Source: Eledone cirrhosa (taxonomy: Eukaryota). Taken from it: a stretch of DNA of 64,000 nt. The stretch is from assembly GCA_964016885.1 (NCBI GenBank), contig OZ024742.1:191580001-191644000 (forward strand), read 5' to 3'. The position numbers were made by a program, and so were the translations under genes. Position 1 is the first letter of the stretch. The number at the start of each line of letters is the position of its first letter. Positions 56,816 to 64,000 of this stretch are shown here, one piece after another. The notes beneath the pieces are model-generated. The model was not told the DNA's origin and did not search any database. It saw only the letters and a list, made by a program, of their open reading frames with translations.

Positions 56816-56857
<42 letters not shown>

Positions 56858-56883
56858 GACAAACACACAGACATACACACACA

Positions 56884-56925
<42 letters not shown>

Positions 56926-56926
56926 C

Positions 56927-57039
<113 letters not shown>

Positions 57040-57623
57040 TATATATATATGAATGATTGTGTGTCTTATTACAGATTGCGTAATACTAATAATAGCAACT
57101 TAGAAAATTAAACATTAGAAGCTGCAGGCAGAAATCGGATATTGGATTTATGGTAAAAGGAGCATTTGGATTTATGAAAAGTGTGGGGTTGGTGACTTGG
57201 AGCATTACATAATGGAAAAGAATATTTGTTGGATTTGTGGAGAAAGGAAAACTCAGCTTTGATGAGGTAAAGAGTTCAGGAATGACATTACTTGGAGGCA
57301 TAAAACAGATAAGGAATTTGATGAGGCAAACAAACCACTTTTAGAATTAAAAGGAAAACGATGCATCATTTTTTTCGCTCTCTCTTTTTCTCTCCACAAA
57401 CACAAACATACATACAAATTGTGTGTGTATATATATATATATATATGGGGGTGTGAGTGTGTGTGCATGTGTGTGTGAGTATGTGTGCATATGTGTGCGT
57501 GTGCATATATATGTGTGTGTATGGGCGTGTGGTATATACGTGTGTGTATATAAATATATATTATGACGCAATTTCGTGAAGCCTTTACACATTTTTGTAT
57601 GCAACTACCTGGCTAGCTATACA

Positions 57624-57714
<91 letters not shown>

Positions 57715-57839
57715 TTACACATATATATATATTTATATATACCACCCTCTCTATATTGTATAGATATGTTTGTGGATGTCGTTCATAGGTCTCTTCAGAA
57801 CAGCATATGTCTGCGCCTCTCTTACTCTGTCAACTAGCG

Positions 57840-58335
57840 CCTACCTCATAGCTAACACCTTGGTCAACATTTTGAGATCTGCATTTAGTATAGTTATGAG
57901 CGTAAAATCTCCTTTTTTCTCAGCTTTGTCACCGGTCTTTGGCTCATAGAACTTTGGTTCATACAAGTTGCAGTAGACGTCTGCCAAGTGGTCATTGAAC
58001 AAATGTGGTATATAAATGTAAAGCTTGTGGCACAGATCATCCAAACCAGGCGATTTACCACTCGTACAACTAGTCATAGCCTCCTCTATTTGTGCAGCTG
58101 TTATTTGCTTTTTGCAACACTCCGACTTCTTTGAAGAGAGCTTCAGTAGTCATCGAAGTCGATCCTGCGATCCGGCTCCCCTTTGCTCTGAAGAATTGAG
58201 CGAAGTGTTGTAAAGAATCTGCACACATCTGTTTGAGATGTGTCCGTCGTAGTGCGACATTGATAGGATTTTCGATTTCTTACCACACCGAATCTCTGCT
58301 ACTTGGGCCCAGTAAACGGCTTTCGTACCCTCATG
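57840..58335 (-). mobile_element. Old Tx1 internal fragment
   Basis: GKSPGLDDL..LADVYCN..ITILNADLKMLTKVLA; homologous to 23960-24500. Confidence 0.8.
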
Positions 58336-59010
58336 TCCAAGAGGTTCTGCCTTTCCTCTAATGTTGTTGTTACAAGTGCAGCGTCATCTGCTAAAAGGAG
58401 AGTGCTACAAAAAGAATGTCCGTAGATGCGTCTTAGATTTGAATCGTTGTTGGTTGAAGGCTCCGCCACTAGTTCCAAATTGGAATATAAGACATGTGTC
58501 CTTTTCACGAAGGGCAGATTTTAGTATTACTGAGAACAACGAAAATACATTGAGCCATGATACAGCATTGGTTTAGGTCATTTGTAATATTAAAAGAATA
58601 CGACAACTCCCCATCAGCAGCTTTCATTCTGTCATGTATCCCAAACTTTTATAGGACTCTCCAGAACGCTTACCGATTTACACAGCGTCAAGGGCCTTGT
58701 TTAGATCTAACAACAACATATCCAGCTCCTGATTTCTCTCACGGAACTTCTGAACAACACGACGAAGAGAAAATATTATGTCTATTGGGCCACGGCCTGA
58801 ACGAAAGCCGCACTACGATTCAGGTTAAATGTCATCGTTGATATATTTGATGGTCCTATTGAGTATCCGCCTAACTAAAGTTTTACCATCAATTGACAGA
58901 AGCGTTATCCCACGTTAGTTATCACATATACTCCTACTCCTTTTTTTATTGTAGATATGTTTGATTGGTGGGCCCTCGTAGTCCTGCAGAAGACGGCCAG
59001 CACTAAATTG
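58336..59010 (-). mobile_element. RTE (BovB-like) RT fragment
   Basis: ICDN*RGITLLSIDGKTL..PES*CGFRSGRG..DIIFSLR..LDLNKALDAV; LLLADDAALV. Confidence 0.82.
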
Positions 59011-59271
59011 TTTCTCTGTAAATTATTTCTCTTAGGAACTGGAATCATATGATTCCAGTTCCTCCGATAAATAACAACACAACCAGGAGCTGGACATATC
59101 GATGTATTGACGGAGTAAAACACACTTCAACAACATGTGTACCTGTCTTTCCCACACCAATTCGGACTGCCTGAAGAGGTCACAGCCAATGATGTCTGTC
59201 ACCGAAATATATATAGCAGTATATCTATAATTTATAATATACGAAGCCAAATTTTACATATTTGACTTAAT

Positions 59272-59310
<39 letters not shown>

Positions 59311-59492
59311 TCAGTGACATTATATATATACATATATATATATATCTATATATATATAATCAAAGAGTTATTTAATTTGTTGATTATTCAACAAATTTAA
59401 TTATAACAGATTCGAAGCACGCTACAACTTTCTTCTGGAGTATAATAGCAATGATATTAATAAATGGAAACTATCTTTATAAAACCATATTT

Positions 59493-59553
59493 ATTTTATC
59501 ATATATATATTTCAAGCGTACCAAAATGTTGGTACGCACTCATCAGATAAAAT
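59493..59553 (-). ncRNA. Family H1 hammerhead with a mutated cleavage triplet
   Basis: ttttat-CTGATGA-gtgcgtacca..tggtacgctt-GAAA-tatatata-TG-ataaaa; flanks match 13190-13330 and 42700-42830. Confidence 0.7.
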
Positions 59554-59702
59554 ACAAAAGTTGTTTTATAAATAGTGTCATATCCAAAAAACAAGAACTT
59601 ATCTAGTTAAGTTCTGTGTGAATACTATTCAAACAGCAATTAAAACGATAAGTTCTTGTTTTTTGGATATGTCACCATATATTAAAGAACTTTTGTATTT
59701 TG

Positions 59703-59803
<101 letters not shown>

Positions 59804-60935
59804 CGCAGAGTAGAAGGGCATCTGTCAATTTATGATTATATGGAAGAGAAAACATCTGACTAGCATGGTTCATTCTCACTTTTCCCAGTCAAAAATACAC
59901 ATACCGTCCTTTCTCTTACCCTAATTGTGAGGAACCTGCAAGATGTGCTTCACTCAGTGCACCTATGTCTTATGTTTCTGTAGTGCAGGGGAGCCTAATG
60001 CCATCTTGCGTTCTTGATTCACCGTCTTAGGGTTTGCGTACACTCCAGGAACAAAAATGTAATTTGTTAATATTAATTTACTTCATATTACTCCTATATG
60101 CAGTGAAGAACCCGACAACTGCAGCTGCCTGCCAGGTTAGAAATGTGAACAACCAATGTTTAGTGTTCCGACTTTTAATAAGTGTAGAGTACTATATTGA
60201 ATAATATTCTTACTGATCCTAATTGAAATATCTCATCCATATAATTATGATTTGGATTACATATACAATTGATCTGAAATCAAAAATATGCTCCTTAATA
60301 CCCCAATATTTCAAGCCCCCACCCCCGCTAGCAACCCACTAAAGTTCACTAGATCAAATTTACTCTTGATCCGGAGAGATTAAATCCCTAATGATCATCC
60401 CAAATGTCAACTTGACTACAGACATCGAAACATTACAGCGAAGCTACACCAAAAAGACTACATCAATGAAATAGATGAGCTTCTGAGATAGTCTGACGTA
60501 ATTAAAAGTGTGCTTCCCTGATCGAAGACGAGAAAGATACACAGTAATATACATATGTATGATACTAGACAGGATAGTAAGATATTTGGTATTGAGAGAT
60601 GAACTAACAACCGAACAGAATATCCCCTCTGTAAAGCCAAAGTCCCCATCCTTCACGTGCAGAGTACAACAGGTGATACTGAAATAGCTTTGAATTAACG
60701 AGGTAGATGTAGATATTTTCGAAATTCATCTCGACATTCTGATATTTAAAATCATAGACGTATTCGCAGCACGACAAATAGAACAAATTAGTGAAGCAGT
60801 GACAAACTCATTCATGCATCAATGTCCGAGCAAGGAACGGCGGGAATAGAATGTGTACACCAATGGTGATACATTAACTTTTGCCTCAATCAGACGGTCG
60901 GAACAGGAATGTGTGGGTGGGTGTATGTGGGTGTG

Positions 60936-61027
<92 letters not shown>

Positions 61028-61884
61028 TTTTATTGTGTGTGAGACAGAGAGGTGGATGGATGACGGGGTTAGAGTGGGCGAGAATGTTTTTAGTTGTATA
61101 TATGGCACACGCTGCGTCAAAGATATTCGCAAGATATCAGATCAGTAATTGTGTTGGAAGGATTAATCAAATTTACGACATTTAGCTTTAATTTTATTTA
61201 TTCCGTTCTTTTACAAACAATGGAGAGAATATATAACATTTAGAACATCGTGGTTGAGTAGAACGGACTTGTTTATTATATGTATTGGTTAATGCTTAGT
61301 TTTGCTGGTTGGTGGTGGTGGTTGTGCTATTGCTAGGACAGGTGGAGCGGTTTATACTGTAGGTAAATATTAGAGATTTATTTATTATATCCTGACGATC
61401 AAATGACATCGCAGCACACACATCTCTCGTCTTCACATTGCTTTGCCATAACTTCTGAGTCAACATTAAGAGTAGAATCGATTTAATGCATCGTTCGTAT
61501 TCCTGTAGATGTTGATATTGCTGCTGTTGTTGTTGTAGCTGTGGTTGCAGCTGTTGTTGCTGTAGCTGCTACTTCTACCGTTGTTGCTGCTACTTCTGCC
61601 GTTGTTGCTCCTTATGCAGTTTTTGTCTCTGCTGCTGCTGTTGTAGCATCTGCTTTTGTTGGTGGTGGTATTGCAGTGACTGGTGGTGCTGCAGCTGCTG
61701 TTTTTGCTGCTGCTATCATTTATTGTATTTTGTTGTCGTTGGTATTTTTATTCACCCTTATTGTGTTAACCAATAATGTCCCTTCATGTGTTCTCCTTAA
61801 GTAGAGATTTGTTATTGATGCCGTTCACAATGTTTGTTCTCGTTAATAAAAGAATGATACTTTGACAGAAGACATTATTTTGTT

Positions 61885-61998
<114 letters not shown>

Positions 61999-62107
61999 TG
62001 TGTGTGTGTGTATACGTGTGCGTGTGTATGTATATATATATATATGTATATATACGTGTGTGTGTGTATGTATATATATATGCATACAGACAGGATGTTT
62101 ATGAGAG

Positions 62108-62158
<51 letters not shown>

Positions 62159-62781
62159 AACATGAATTTATATACGTACATATATATTTATATATGTGTG
62201 AGTATGCGTGTATTAAAGTGGGCGCCAGCAAACTCTACTTTGCCGCACAGGGGCTTTGATTCTAAAACTATGTGGTAGTCAAGTGCACTATTTAACCATG
62301 CAGCCATACCTGTGCCTCTAATGCGCAGTATGTTTACTTTGATTGAATTTATATAAAAATTTAATCCGTTTTTTTTTTTCTCCCATTGAATTTACGATAA
62401 TCTTTTGTTTCTCTTGTGTTGCGCCTCTAACAAAGTTTTTAAAAACTGTTTTCGTTCTAATTCTCGCTTTAAGTTTGTTTCATTGATTTGTACAATTTCT
62501 TCGCTGTAAATTTTTTCAGTCATTTCTCTACAAAGGTGTACGATATTTTATTGTATTTTTGTTATTATTATTCATTAATTTGTCCTTTCCTGTTTCTTTT
62601 TTTTGTAATATTTCACTTAATATTGTTCTTATATTCATTTAATTGTCATTGTTGATCACAAGCAGCGGCTTGTTTTTCGTCTTAACCATGCCACTATACA
62701 GGGCACACTCAACGAAACTAAACAGAATGCATGCCTATACATATTCGCATATATATATATATACTAAACCTTTGCGTGTTC

Positions 62782-62838
<57 letters not shown>

Positions 62839-62875
62839 TATGTATATATATACATATATGTATATAAATAAATAA

Positions 62876-62906
<31 letters not shown>

Positions 62907-62911
<5 letters not shown>

Positions 62912-62950
62912 GTGAAAGCAGCGATTCTTTGCTTAAACTTTAATCTGTTA

Positions 62951-62958
<8 letters not shown>
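62907..62958 (+). mobile_element. ~50-bp 3' terminal fragment of the 11867-13122 Naiad family inside (TA)n
   Basis: taagggtgaaagcagcgattctttgcttaaactttaatctgttattttaata is identical to the reverse complement of 11872-11922. Confidence 0.85.
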
Positions 62959-63585
<627 letters not shown>

Positions 63586-64000
63586 TAGGAACGTGCATAC
63601 GTATAAACACACACTTCCCCCCCCCCCACACACACACGTGTGTGAATGTATATACATTATATCTGTAATGAAGACAATCAAATCAAGAAAATGTAAGGCA
63701 CCATAATTTGATTAGTCGGTGAATACAAAAAGAATTTCATTAATTTGTTTAATAATAATTAGATAGACTGATGATGTTTTTGGTCTTATTTCTTTGTAGC
63801 TGTTATATATTTTTTGCTGCTTGTTCCTTATTACCTCTCCACACACAAACGCTCACACACTTGCCTCCCTTTTATGCTTTGATCATCTGCTACTCCATTG
63901 TATAGAAATGCGTGGTTGCTTACTACCTTGATACTATATAATAATAAAAATAATATCAGCGTCTCTGTGTGCGTGAATAGAAATAAGTTTAGGTATATGT

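Overview
AT-rich, microsatellite-dense animal DNA. It is probably an octopod cephalopod, inferred from the tRNA/Deu-type SINE family and the (TA)n/(CA)n load. There is no intact protein-coding gene; most ORF-track entries are microsatellite artefacts or broken retroelement frames. The window is a retroelement graveyard partitioned by microsatellite type. (1) Tx1/L1-clade LINEs are stacked head-to-tail in (TATC)n at 2.3-9.9 kb. (2) A second Tx1 family, R4/Dong RLE LINEs and a SINE are nested at (TAA/TTA)n at 21.9-39.3 kb. (3) Penelope-like (Naiad-type) elements and many hammerhead-ribozyme (HHR) remnants sit in (TA)n. The most striking structure is a 3.5-kb array of a near-identical 310-bp unit (43.56-47.08 kb): about 5.3 copies in one orientation and about 6.1 inverted, each full unit carrying a minimal type I HHR. 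This is a candidate retrozyme/circular-RNA replicon, directly next to a 6.3-kb head-to-head Naiad pair. Unique DNA between the repeats yields scattered, broken WD40/NWD-like peptides on the minus strand, suggesting an old pseudogene backbone. All translations and folds were read by eye; no searches were run.
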